Positions 23,286 through 31,889 of a stretch of 38,322 nucleotides of DNA are shown piece after piece. The stretch comes from Tubiluchus corallicola (Eukaryota > Animalia > Priapulida): contig JAQGDQ010002435.1 in the NCBI GenBank assembly GCA_030141605.1, positions 1-38,322 of the forward strand. The letters are read 5' to 3'. The notes under the pieces are model-generated. The model searched no databases and had not been told where the DNA came from. It was given only the letters and a program-made list of their open reading frames with translations. Made by a program: the position numbers and the translations under genes. The number at the start of each line of letters is the position of its first letter. Position 1 is the first letter of the stretch.

Positions 23286-24926
23286 ATGCTAAAACAGATG
23301 CGTAGTGAGCTTTTATTGCCAGCGGGTTCCTTATCAAAGCTTAAGACGGCGATTTTATACGGAGCGGATGCTGTTTATGCAGGAACACCAGATTTGTCCT
23401 TAAGGACAAAAGCGCAATTTTCGCTAGAAGAACTTATAGAGGCATCTGATTTTGTTTCGGCTCGAAATCGGCGCTTGTATCTGACTTTAAATTTGTTTGC
23501 GCATAACAGGGATACAGAAAAGCTCCCTTTATTTTTAGAAACGATACGTCGTATTAATCCCAGTGGCGTTATTGTCGCTGACGGGGCTATTTTTCAATTT
23601 TTATCAGAGCATGTTCCAGGCTTAGAACTCCATGTATCGACGCAGGCGAATATTTGCTCTTCAGCGGGGGTGAAGTTCTGGCAGGGATTGGGTGCGTCTT
23701 TATGTGTTTTAGCGCGGGAGGTCCCATTTAAGGAACTTGTGGAGATCCGTCGGGATTGCCCAGATATCAAGCTAGAAACCTTTATTCATGGCGCTATGTG
23801 CATGACATATTCAGGCCGGTGCCTTTTGTCGAATTTTATGGCGGAACGGAACGCCAATCAGGGGAATTGCGCGCATAGCTGCCGTTGGAATTATAAAGTT
23901 CACGCCTGCTTAAAAGATCGCAATGAGGTGAAGACGCTTCTCCTTGACGAGTCCACTCGCCAGCTGTTTGACTATTTTCTAGAGGAAGAATTCAGACCTG
24001 GAGAGCTTTTTGAAATTGAGGATAATGAACGCGGATCGTTTATCATGAATTCGAAAGACTTGTGCCTTATGCCTGTTTTGGGAGATTATTTGCGCCTCGG
24101 TATTGATTCTTTGAAGATAGAGGGTCGTAATAAGAGTGAATATTATGCTGCTGTAACTGCGCGCGCTTATCGCCATGCTATTGACAGTTGGTATGATGAT
24201 CCTGAAAACTGGTCCTCGGACCCGTATCTTCATGAGCTTGGAACCTTACAGAATCGCTCTTATACGCTGGGGTTTCATCATGGTCGTCTGCAGAATTTTG
24301 CGCAGAGCTACGATCGTTCTCGTACAGTTAGCCAATGGCATTTTGCAGGCATTATTCAGGCATGGGATCAAGGAGGCGTGTTTATTGAAATCCGCAATCA
24401 GGTAAAAAAGGGCGATATTTTAGAGTTCTTATCACCGTATCAATGGGAACCTATTTTATTAAAGCTGGGTGTATTTCAGGATTCTATAACAGGAGAAATG
24501 GTTGAATCTTTATCTCCCGGCCGTCCAAAACAGGGGATTTATATTCCCTTGTCAGCGTTTCATAATGAAGATCCAGCGGCCCTTATGGAGGCATGTCCCC
24601 CTTCTACGGTCGTTCGTAAGGAAGGCGTTTTGTCAGCACAAGAGGTATTGGCTGTTGCCATGGGTGATTTATCTTTGGCAGTCGAAAGAGGCGAGATTTC
24701 CCTAGAGGAATATGGGCGGAAAAAAAGAGAGACGCTGGATCGGGCGATCATTTCTTCTTCCGCGAACATCTCTAAGAAAAAAAGAGGAAAATGCTGTGGC
24801 CGAGGGTGTAATGGATGTATGATCTTCTGGCATGATGAACGTTATGCCAAAGCGCGCACTTTACTAAAGAAGCGCCAGATAGGGACTGCACTTACGAAAA
24901 AAGAGCGCTATAAGTTTGATAAATAA
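23286..24926 (+). CDS. U32-family Fe-S protein (TrhP/YegQ-like tRNA hydroxylation protein) with C-terminal Cys-rich extension
   Basis: ELLLPAG, YGADAVYAG, HVSTQAN, E.FIHGAMCMTYSGRCLLS..GNCAHSCRW, MNSKDL, SLKIEGR; extra CCGRGCNGC at aa 503-511. Confidence 0.85.
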   Translation: MLKQMRSELLLPAGSLSKLKTAILYGADAVYAGTPDLSLRTKAQFSLEELIEASDFVSARNRRLYLTLNLFAHNRDTEKLPLFLETIRRINPSGVIVADGAIFQFLSEHVPGLELHVSTQANICSSAGVKFWQGLGASLCVLAREVPFKELVEIRRDCPDIKLETFIHGAMCMTYSGRCLLSNFMAERNANQGNCAHSCRWNYKVHACLKDRNEVKTLLLDESTRQLFDYFLEEEFRPGELFEIEDNERGSFIMNSKDLCLMPVLGDYLRLGIDSLKIEGRNKSEYYAAVTARAYRHAIDSWYDDPENWSSDPYLHELGTLQNRSYTLGFHHGRLQNFAQSYDRSRTVSQWHFAGIIQAWDQGGVFIEIRNQVKKGDILEFLSPYQWEPILLKLGVFQDSITGEMVESLSPGRPKQGIYIPLSAFHNEDPAALMEACPPSTVVRKEGVLSAQEVLAVAMGDLSLAVERGEISLEEYGRKKRETLDRAIISSSANISKKKRGKCCGRGCNGCMIFWHDERYAKARTLLKKRQIGTALTKKERYKFDK

Positions 24927-24947
24927 GATAAAATTATTCTTTTATTC

Positions 24948-24976
24948 TTGCTATTTCAAATAGTCCATGCTAGCGT
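24948..24976 (+). promoter_or_regulatory. Possible promoter for xylFGH
   Basis: TTGCTA, 17-bp spacer, TAGCGT with TGn extended -10, in an AT-rich spacer. Confidence 0.4.
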
Positions 24977-25037
24977 TAAGAAATAAATAATAAATATTAA
25001 GTTAAGCATATATAGAACTTTAAAGGGAGTCTTCTAA

Positions 25038-26051
25038 ATGAAAATTAATATTTTTCAGAGGTTTTTTCTTGTTTGCTTGAGTCTTCTTGTTCTTTCTAGC
25101 GTATATACATTGGCGGAGGCTCGCCGTGTTCGTATTGGGCTTTCTATAGATGACTTACGGGTGGAGCGATGGCAGAAAGATCGTGATTTTTTTATTGAGC
25201 GCGCGGATGAGCTAGGCGCGAGTGTTTATGTGCAGTCTGCCAATGGAAACGAGCAAGTTCAGATTTCTCAGATTGAAAATTTAATCACACGTGGTGTGGA
25301 TGTTCTTGTGGTTGTTCCTTTTAATGGCGAAGTTTTAAGCAATGTAATCGCAGAAGCGAAAATGGATGGAATTAAGGTTATTGCGTATGATCGCCTGATT
25401 AAAAACGCGGATATTGATCTTTATATCTCGTTTGATAACGTACGCGTAGGTGAGATGCAGGCGTCTGTTCTGGTTGAAAAGAAGCCTTATGGCAATTATT
25501 TCATGCTGGGAGGTTCCCCGCTAGATAACAACGCTTATTTATTCCGTGAAGGGCAGATGAACGTTATTCAGCCCTATATTGATGAAGGAAATATTAAGAT
25601 CGTAGGCAGCCAGTGGACAAAGGACTGGCTTCCGGAAGAGGCTTTAAAGATTGTTGAAAACGCTTTGACAGCAACAGATAATGAAATTGACGCGATTGTT
25701 GCCTCTAATGATGGCCTTGCGGGAGCAGCTATTCAGGCGTTATCGGCTCAGGGTTTGGTTGACAAGGTTGCTGTTTCTGGTCAGGACGCTGATATAGCCG
25801 GTGTTCGTCGTGTCGCTCAGGGAACGCAGGCGATGACAGTCTACAAGCCTATTCAGATGATCGCGCGAAAAGCGGCCGAAGTAGCGATTCGTATGGCCCA
25901 AGATAAAAGCTTTGAGGCCAATAGTATTATTGATAACGATTATAAATCTGTCCCAGCACTATTACTTGATCCGATTCCTGTAACAAAGGAGAATTTACGG
26001 GAGACTGTTGTTGCGGATGGATTTCATAAAGAGCAGGATATATACAGATAA
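25038..26051 (+). CDS. xylF: D-xylose ABC transporter substrate-binding protein
   Basis: Signal peptide; IDDLRVERWQKDRD, LGGSP.DNNA, W...WLPEEAL.IVENALTA, SGQDAD, TVYKPI closely follow E. coli XylF as I recall it. Confidence 0.88.
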   Translation: MKINIFQRFFLVCLSLLVLSSVYTLAEARRVRIGLSIDDLRVERWQKDRDFFIERADELGASVYVQSANGNEQVQISQIENLITRGVDVLVVVPFNGEVLSNVIAEAKMDGIKVIAYDRLIKNADIDLYISFDNVRVGEMQASVLVEKKPYGNYFMLGGSPLDNNAYLFREGQMNVIQPYIDEGNIKIVGSQWTKDWLPEEALKIVENALTATDNEIDAIVASNDGLAGAAIQALSAQGLVDKVAVSGQDADIAGVRRVAQGTQAMTVYKPIQMIARKAAEVAIRMAQDKSFEANSIIDNDYKSVPALLLDPIPVTKENLRETVVADGFHKEQDIYR

Positions 26052-26085
26052 TTTCACGATTTGTTACGGTATAGGCTATGTAATG

Positions 26086-26126
26086 AAAACCCTGAGAATA
26101 TAAAAAACTTATATTTTCAGGGTTTT
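26086..26126 (+). other. Intercistronic stem-loop between xylF and xylG
   Basis: AAAACCCTGAGAATATAA / TTATATTTTCAGGGTTTT: 18-bp stem with one G-U, 5-nt loop. Confidence 0.75.
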
Positions 26127-26157
26127 TAATAGCCACTTGTTTGAGGGGAGAGAATTT

Positions 26158-27675
26158 ATGGCAGCTACACTGCTCAAAATGTGTAATGTAACGAAGACGT
26201 TTTCAGGCGTTAAAGCAATAGATGGTATTTCACTGGAATTAAATTCCGGAGAGGTTTTAGCGCTGTGTGGAGAAAATGGTTCTGGAAAATCTACGTTAAT
26301 GAAGGTTCTTTGTGGTGTTTATCCACATGGTACGTTTGACGGTGAGATTTATGTTGATGACGAACGGCTGGAAGCTTATGGGATTAAGGATAGCGAAAAG
26401 GCCGGAATTATCATGATTCATCAAGAGCTTGCCTTAGTTAATGAGTTAAGTGTTGCGGAGAATATCTTTTTAGGCTCCGAGCTTCATCACGCAGGCCTTC
26501 TCAGCTATCATGCGATGTATCAGAAGACAGAGGCGCTTTTAAAACAGGTTCATCTTGATATTCGCCCTGATACACTTATCGGGACTCTTGGAACAGGTCA
26601 GCAGCAACTTATAGAGATCGCGAAAGCTTTATCAAAAGATGCGCGTGTATTAATATTGGATGAGCCAACCTCATCATTGACAGAATCGGAGACGGCTGTT
26701 TTATTGTCGATTGTCAAACAGCTTCGCGACAATGGGGTGAGTTGTGTTTATATTTCTCATAAGTTGAATGAAGTGATGGAGATCTCAAATCGTATCATGG
26801 TAATTCGAGATGGGCATTATATCGGCACAGAGAATAAATCTGACGTATCGGAAAAACAGATTATCGCAATGATGGTCGGTCGGGAATTGACCGATACTTA
26901 CCCTACAGCGACTCATGCGGTTCAGGATGTTATTTTTGAGGCGCGTAACTTTGATGTTTATGACACGACCAGCCCAGATATTCTGCGCGTCTCTGATGTT
27001 TCTTTTTCTCTTCGGCGCGGAGAAATTCTGGGAATCTCCGGCCTTGTCGGAGCCGGCAGAACAGAGCTTATCTCATCGATTTTCGGAAGTTATAAAGGGC
27101 GGTATAAGGGAACCATACTGATGGATGGCGAACCGATTACTATACGCTCGACGAAAGAGGCGCTTTCTCATGGAATAGCACTGGTTCCGGAAGACCGAAA
27201 ATCAGATGGTATTGTCGGCCTTTTATCAGTCGCTAAGAATATCACATTGGCGAATTTGGACGCTTATCGTGGCTATTTGAATTATCTCAACAGCAGCCAT
27301 GAGCATCAGGATATCGCCGCTTCAATGAAACGCCTTTATATTAAGGCCGCCTCAACGGAAATGGAGGTTCAGCAGCTTTCCGGCGGAAATCAGCAGAAGG
27401 TTGTTTTGGCGAAATGCTTGCTTCTTAATCCACGTATATTGATATTGGATGAGCCTACGCGTGGCATTGATGTTGGGGCAAAGTATGAGATTTACAAGCT
27501 GATGCTGGATTTAGCGGCTCAGGGAGTTTCCATTATCATGGTGTCCTCAGAGCTTCCGGAGATTCTGGGCATGAGCGATCGTGTTTTGGTTATGCATTGT
27601 GGTTTTTTAAAGGGAAATTTTGATAATAAGGGATTAACGCAGGAAATAATTATGGAAGCTGCGATAGGCTCTTGA
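26158..27675 (+). CDS. xylG: D-xylose ABC transporter ATP-binding protein (two ABC domains)
   Basis: GENGSGKSTLMK, LILDEPT, VPEDRK, LSGGNQQK, DEPTRGIDVGAK; ATG 26158 after GAGGGGAG. Confidence 0.88.
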   Translation: MAATLLKMCNVTKTFSGVKAIDGISLELNSGEVLALCGENGSGKSTLMKVLCGVYPHGTFDGEIYVDDERLEAYGIKDSEKAGIIMIHQELALVNELSVAENIFLGSELHHAGLLSYHAMYQKTEALLKQVHLDIRPDTLIGTLGTGQQQLIEIAKALSKDARVLILDEPTSSLTESETAVLLSIVKQLRDNGVSCVYISHKLNEVMEISNRIMVIRDGHYIGTENKSDVSEKQIIAMMVGRELTDTYPTATHAVQDVIFEARNFDVYDTTSPDILRVSDVSFSLRRGEILGISGLVGAGRTELISSIFGSYKGRYKGTILMDGEPITIRSTKEALSHGIALVPEDRKSDGIVGLLSVAKNITLANLDAYRGYLNYLNSSHEHQDIAASMKRLYIKAASTEMEVQQLSGGNQQKVVLAKCLLLNPRILILDEPTRGIDVGAKYEIYKLMLDLAAQGVSIIMVSSELPEILGMSDRVLVMHCGFLKGNFDNKGLTQEIIMEAAIGS

Positions 27676-27701
27676 TACTGGCAAGTAGAGGTGGACAGGT
27701 T

Positions 27702-28922
27702 ATGGCTGTAAAAAACACAAAATTTTATGACAATTTAAAAGCATATATGATGGTGATTGCTCTTGTGAGCATTTGGATTGTTTTTAGTTTTTTAACGGCA
27801 GAGTGGGAATATATCATAGAGATATTTGAACAATCCGGTCTTTGGGCAGGAATTCGCACTTTTTTTGACGAGAGTCGTTATATTACGCCACGGAATATTT
27901 CCAATTTGCTACGCCAGGTTTCAATTACGGGTATTTTAGCGATAGGAATGGTTTTCATTATTATTTCTGGTGAGATTGATCTTTCTGTTGGCTCAAAGTT
28001 AGGGCTTTTGGCAGGTTTAGCAGCTTATATGGATGTTATGCTTCATGTTCCTTTTTTCCTGAATGTATTTTTGGTTTTATGCTTTGGCTCTGTACTAGGT
28101 CTGTGGAACGGGTTTTGGATTGCCTACCAGGGTGTTCCGTCGTTTATTGTGACACTTTCCGGTATGTTGGCGTTTCGGGGATTGGTTCTTTGGCTGCTGG
28201 AGGGGAAGACAATCACGCTGGATTCATATGAGCAATTTTCCTGGATTGGAACAGCAAACCTACCGAGAGGAGGATCGTGGATTATTGCACTTTTGATCAT
28301 CGCAGGATTGATTTTCTCAAGTGCTTACTCATATCGATCACGCCGTAAATATGGCTTGCAACTCCCTGTGGTTTATAAGGAAATCTTGAAAATTCTCTTG
28401 ATTACATTTGGTGTTTGTCTTGTCATTTATATTTTAAATCAATACCGAGGGATTCCAGTTCCAGTGTTGATTTTGCTGACGCTTGCGGTTGTTTTTTCTT
28501 ATATCGCCAAATGTACAGTTTATGGACGTCGGGTTTACGCGATTGGTGGAAATGTCGAAGCGACACGCCTTTCAGGTGTGAATGTCAAATTTACAAAATT
28601 AATGGTCTCTATGTTTAATGGTTTTCTTGTCGCGGTTGCGGCGTTGGTTTTTGTCGCACGCCAGGGAGCAGCTTCTCCGTCGGCGGGAACATGGGCAGAG
28701 CTCGACGCAATTGCGGCATGCTTTATTGGCGGGACATCAATGCGCGGCGGTGTCGGAACGGTTTTTGGCGTCTTGACAGGGGCACTTGTGATGGAAAGCT
28801 TAAAAAATGGCATGTCTATGATGGGGATGGAAACACATTGGCAGGAGATCATCAAAGGGCTGATTCTTTTGCTGGCGGTCTGGCTTGATGTGGCCACTCG
28901 TGCTAAGCAGGGAAAAACATAA
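27702..28922 (+). CDS. xylH: D-xylose ABC transporter permease
   Basis: GEIDLSVGS, VPSFIVTL.GML.FRG, YAIGGN.EA.RLSG, ELDAIAACFIGGTS; ATG 27702. Confidence 0.88.
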   Translation: MAVKNTKFYDNLKAYMMVIALVSIWIVFSFLTAEWEYIIEIFEQSGLWAGIRTFFDESRYITPRNISNLLRQVSITGILAIGMVFIIISGEIDLSVGSKLGLLAGLAAYMDVMLHVPFFLNVFLVLCFGSVLGLWNGFWIAYQGVPSFIVTLSGMLAFRGLVLWLLEGKTITLDSYEQFSWIGTANLPRGGSWIIALLIIAGLIFSSAYSYRSRRKYGLQLPVVYKEILKILLITFGVCLVIYILNQYRGIPVPVLILLTLAVVFSYIAKCTVYGRRVYAIGGNVEATRLSGVNVKFTKLMVSMFNGFLVAVAALVFVARQGAASPSAGTWAELDAIAACFIGGTSMRGGVGTVFGVLTGALVMESLKNGMSMMGMETHWQEIIKGLILLLAVWLDVATRAKQGKT

Positions 28923-29002
28923 GAAATGAGCATTGTTCTGTTTCTTGCAGTCGCTTCCTTAAAATGAGCTTTAATCCTGTTGCCATGAAGAGAAAATAGG
29001 CC

Positions 29003-29046
29003 TGTGGATAACTAAGAGGATAACCTTGTGAGTAAGATGGGGATAA
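29003..29046. promoter_or_regulatory. Array of four co-oriented DnaA-box-like 9-mers
   Basis: TGTGGATAA (29003, exact reverse complement of TTATCCACA), AGAGGATAA (29015), TGTGAGTAA (29027), TGGGGATAA (29038); starts spaced 12, 12, 11 bp. Confidence 0.6.
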
Positions 29047-29104
29047 TTTTTTGTAAGGCACGTTTTTCTTTCAAGTTTTTGTTTTTGGTATATTGGTTTT
29101 TGTG

Positions 29105-29127
29105 ATAGTCTTTATCTTTTAGACTAT
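29105..29127. promoter_or_regulatory. Inverted repeat upstream of the nhaC operon (possible operator)
   Basis: ATAGTCT-N9-AGACTAT. Confidence 0.3.
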
Positions 29128-29184
29128 TTACATTAAAGAGCAATAATAAAACAAGTTATCAGGAGCATTAAGGGAGAAACTATC

Positions 29185-30696
29185 ATGGCTCATTCGCCTA
29201 GAGAAAAAAAAGAAATAACATTTTTCCACGCATTAATACCGGTTTTAAGCCTTTTAACAATTATGATCTCTGGCTTGGTTATCTTTCCTCGGGTTGGGTT
29301 TTCGTCGCTTCCTCTTGAGGTTATTTTTATTTTAGCGACGATTATAACGGTTGTAGAGCTTTTTTATTTAGGATATAGCTGGGATGAAATTCAAACAGCA
29401 ATGGTCCAGCGGGTCACGCAAGGGTTACCGGCGTTGCATATTTTATTGTGTATAGGCATTGTTATTGGAAGCTGGATGGTTTCAGGGATTATTCCCATGC
29501 TGATTTATTATGGAATTCACATTATTCATCCGACGGTTATTTATTTTGCGGCGTTTTTTGTTCCGGTTATTTTTTCTATTACGACAGGGACATCTTGGGG
29601 ATCAGCAGGGACGATTGGCGTTGTTATTATTGGTATTGCGAGCGTGATTGACGCTAATCTTGCGATCGTCGCCGGCGCTGTCGTCGGAGGAGCGTATTTT
29701 GGAGATAAGCTTTCACCTCTTTCGGATACAACAAATATAGCGGCAATCGCGACAGGAGTCGACCTTTACGATCATATACGCTCTATGGTAAATACCACAC
29801 TGCCGTCAGCGATTTTAGCGTCTATACTTTATTTTTTCCTAGGATATATCTATCCCCCCGCTGTCGTGTCGATTCATGATCCGAATGTCCAATTGACATT
29901 AAGCACACTAGAGAGTGTTTTTAATTTTAACATTTTATTATTGCTGCCCATTGTTGTCGTGATCTATGGCTCTGTTACGAGGAAGCCAACAGTTCCGACT
30001 CTTTTATGCTCCTCTGTTTTGGCGGCGATTTTAGCGCTGATTTTTCAACCCTTTACAATTGACGCTGTTGTTCAGTCTTTTTATAAGGGATTTCACATTT
30101 CCATGGTAACGTGGCTGGAATCTGTTCCTGATCATACAGTGAGTATTTTTAATCGTGGAGGATTATATTTTCTTATTGAGCCAATAACAATAGCCTGGCT
30201 TGTTTTTTTGTTCGCGGGCTCTATGGGAATTATGAACGCGATGTCCATTGTGGTCACGCGCGTTTTTGTCTTTGCGAAAGATCGACCTTCGACAATTATC
30301 TCTTCTTTATTTGCGACAGGGATAACCAACGCGCTAACCTCTAACCAGTTCGCGACCTGCTTTTTAGTCGCAGACGCCTTCAAGCCTGTTTATGAAAAAA
30401 TGCGTATTCCCAAGCGAGTTCTTTCTCGTTCTATTGAGGATTACGGAACAATGCTTGAAGGGATGCTTCCTTGGACGACAACAGGTTTATATATGGCGGC
30501 GACTTTAGGCGTCGCGGTATCGGATTATTGGAACTGGCAGCTTTTATCACTGATTAACTTTATTGTTGCCATTATGTTGGCAGTCCTAGGAAAAGGATGC
30601 TTTTATCATCTTGTGGATCAGGAATACGTGTCGGATGAGCCTTCGCCAGATGATTATAATGCGGAAATTTTAGAGACAGAGAGAGGGGCTTCATGA
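29185..30696 (+). CDS. NhaC-family transporter (Na+/H+ antiporter / amino-acid transporter family)
   Basis: TGTSWGSAGTIGV, GAYFGDKLSPLSDTT, LSRSIED.GT..PW signature segments; many hydrophobic helices. Confidence 0.9.
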   Translation: MAHSPREKKEITFFHALIPVLSLLTIMISGLVIFPRVGFSSLPLEVIFILATIITVVELFYLGYSWDEIQTAMVQRVTQGLPALHILLCIGIVIGSWMVSGIIPMLIYYGIHIIHPTVIYFAAFFVPVIFSITTGTSWGSAGTIGVVIIGIASVIDANLAIVAGAVVGGAYFGDKLSPLSDTTNIAAIATGVDLYDHIRSMVNTTLPSAILASILYFFLGYIYPPAVVSIHDPNVQLTLSTLESVFNFNILLLLPIVVVIYGSVTRKPTVPTLLCSSVLAAILALIFQPFTIDAVVQSFYKGFHISMVTWLESVPDHTVSIFNRGGLYFLIEPITIAWLVFLFAGSMGIMNAMSIVVTRVFVFAKDRPSTIISSLFATGITNALTSNQFATCFLVADAFKPVYEKMRIPKRVLSRSIEDYGTMLEGMLPWTTTGLYMAATLGVAVSDYWNWQLLSLINFIVAIMLAVLGKGCFYHLVDQEYVSDEPSPDDYNAEILETERGAS

Positions 30697-31874
30697 GCAA
30701 AAAAACTGCGCAGGAAAAAGACGCGCGTGAAATATTGATCCATTATGGGGAGGAGGATGTTCCCTTTAATGCTGTATCGCCTCCGATTTATCAGACATCT
30801 ATTTTCAGTTTTGATACACTGCAGGCATTTCAGGAGGCGGTACGAAACGAATATGACGCAACCTTGTATACTCGGGGAAATAACCCGACAGTAAACCTAG
30901 TGGAAGAAAAAATCGCTCTTTTAGAGAAAGCGGAGGCAGCTAAGTTATTTTCTTCTGGAAGTGCAGCGATTTCCTCATCGATTTTAGCTTTTGTTGAGCA
31001 GGGCGATCATATTATCGCGGTTCGAGATTGCTATTCCTGGGCACGTAAAATTGTATCTTCTTACCTCGCCCGCTTTGGTGTGACCTATACGTTTGTTCGG
31101 GGAGATTCTCTTGAGGAGATTGAGCAAGCTGTACGGCCGAATACGCGGCTGATTTATCTTGAAAGTCCAACATCCTTAACATTTATGATGCAGGATATCG
31201 CCGCGATTTCTGCCCTTGCGAAGGCTCGTGGCATCAAGACGGTTTTGGATAATACATGGGCGACGCCTTTGTTTCAGAATCCGATAGAGCTGGGTATTGA
31301 TTTAGTGGTGCATTCCGCATCTAAATATCTGGGGGGACATAGCGATATCCTAGGAGGGGTGGTCGCGGGAAATCTGGAGGATATGCGTCGCATTTTCTCA
31401 AAAGAATTTCTGCAGCTTGGACAAGTTCCCGATCCATTTTCGGCCTGGCTGATGCTAAGAGGGATGCGAACTTTGCCGATTCGAATGGAGCAGCATCAAA
31501 AAAGCGCAAAGAAAATTGTCGAGGCACTTAAGGAGGATGAGCGTATTAAACATGTTTTTTACCCGTGGGATTCGTCTCATCCTCAGTATGCGTTGGCGCA
31601 GCGGCAGATGCGAGGAGGCTCCAGTGTTTTTGGTATTGAGCTTCAGTCGCCTTTACCGGAGTCTATTTATACATTTGTCAATGGGTTGAAGTTTTTCAGA
31701 ATCGCGTGTAGCTGGGGCGGATATGAAAGCTTGGCTGTTGCGGTAACGCCGCCTTATTTAGCAGAGAAGGAAGAATGCCCTGTTGTAGGCCCGTTTATCA
31801 GACTATATATTGGCCTTGAATCGCCAGATATTTTACTCTTGGACTTAAAACAGTCATTAGATCGTTTGCCGTAG
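30693..31874 (+). CDS. Cys/Met metabolism PLP-dependent lyase (cystathionine beta/gamma-lyase family)
   Basis: PPIYQTS, YTRGNNPT, FSSG.AAI, YLESPT, DNTWATP, HSASKYLGGHSD (PLP Lys), LRGMRTL, SWGGYESL, IRLYIGLE. Confidence 0.92.
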   Translation: MSKKTAQEKDAREILIHYGEEDVPFNAVSPPIYQTSIFSFDTLQAFQEAVRNEYDATLYTRGNNPTVNLVEEKIALLEKAEAAKLFSSGSAAISSSILAFVEQGDHIIAVRDCYSWARKIVSSYLARFGVTYTFVRGDSLEEIEQAVRPNTRLIYLESPTSLTFMMQDIAAISALAKARGIKTVLDNTWATPLFQNPIELGIDLVVHSASKYLGGHSDILGGVVAGNLEDMRRIFSKEFLQLGQVPDPFSAWLMLRGMRTLPIRMEQHQKSAKKIVEALKEDERIKHVFYPWDSSHPQYALAQRQMRGGSSVFGIELQSPLPESIYTFVNGLKFFRIACSWGGYESLAVAVTPPYLAEKEECPVVGPFIRLYIGLESPDILLLDLKQSLDRLP

Positions 31875-31889
31875 ATAGGGATATTATAG

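Noticed and set aside
29003-29130. Calling the DnaA-box array the chromosomal oriC
   Set aside because: No dnaA, hemE or parAB-type neighbours, no visible strand-skew switch, and the ribosomal operon would be head-on to replication; kept only as a non-origin cluster pending skew analysis.
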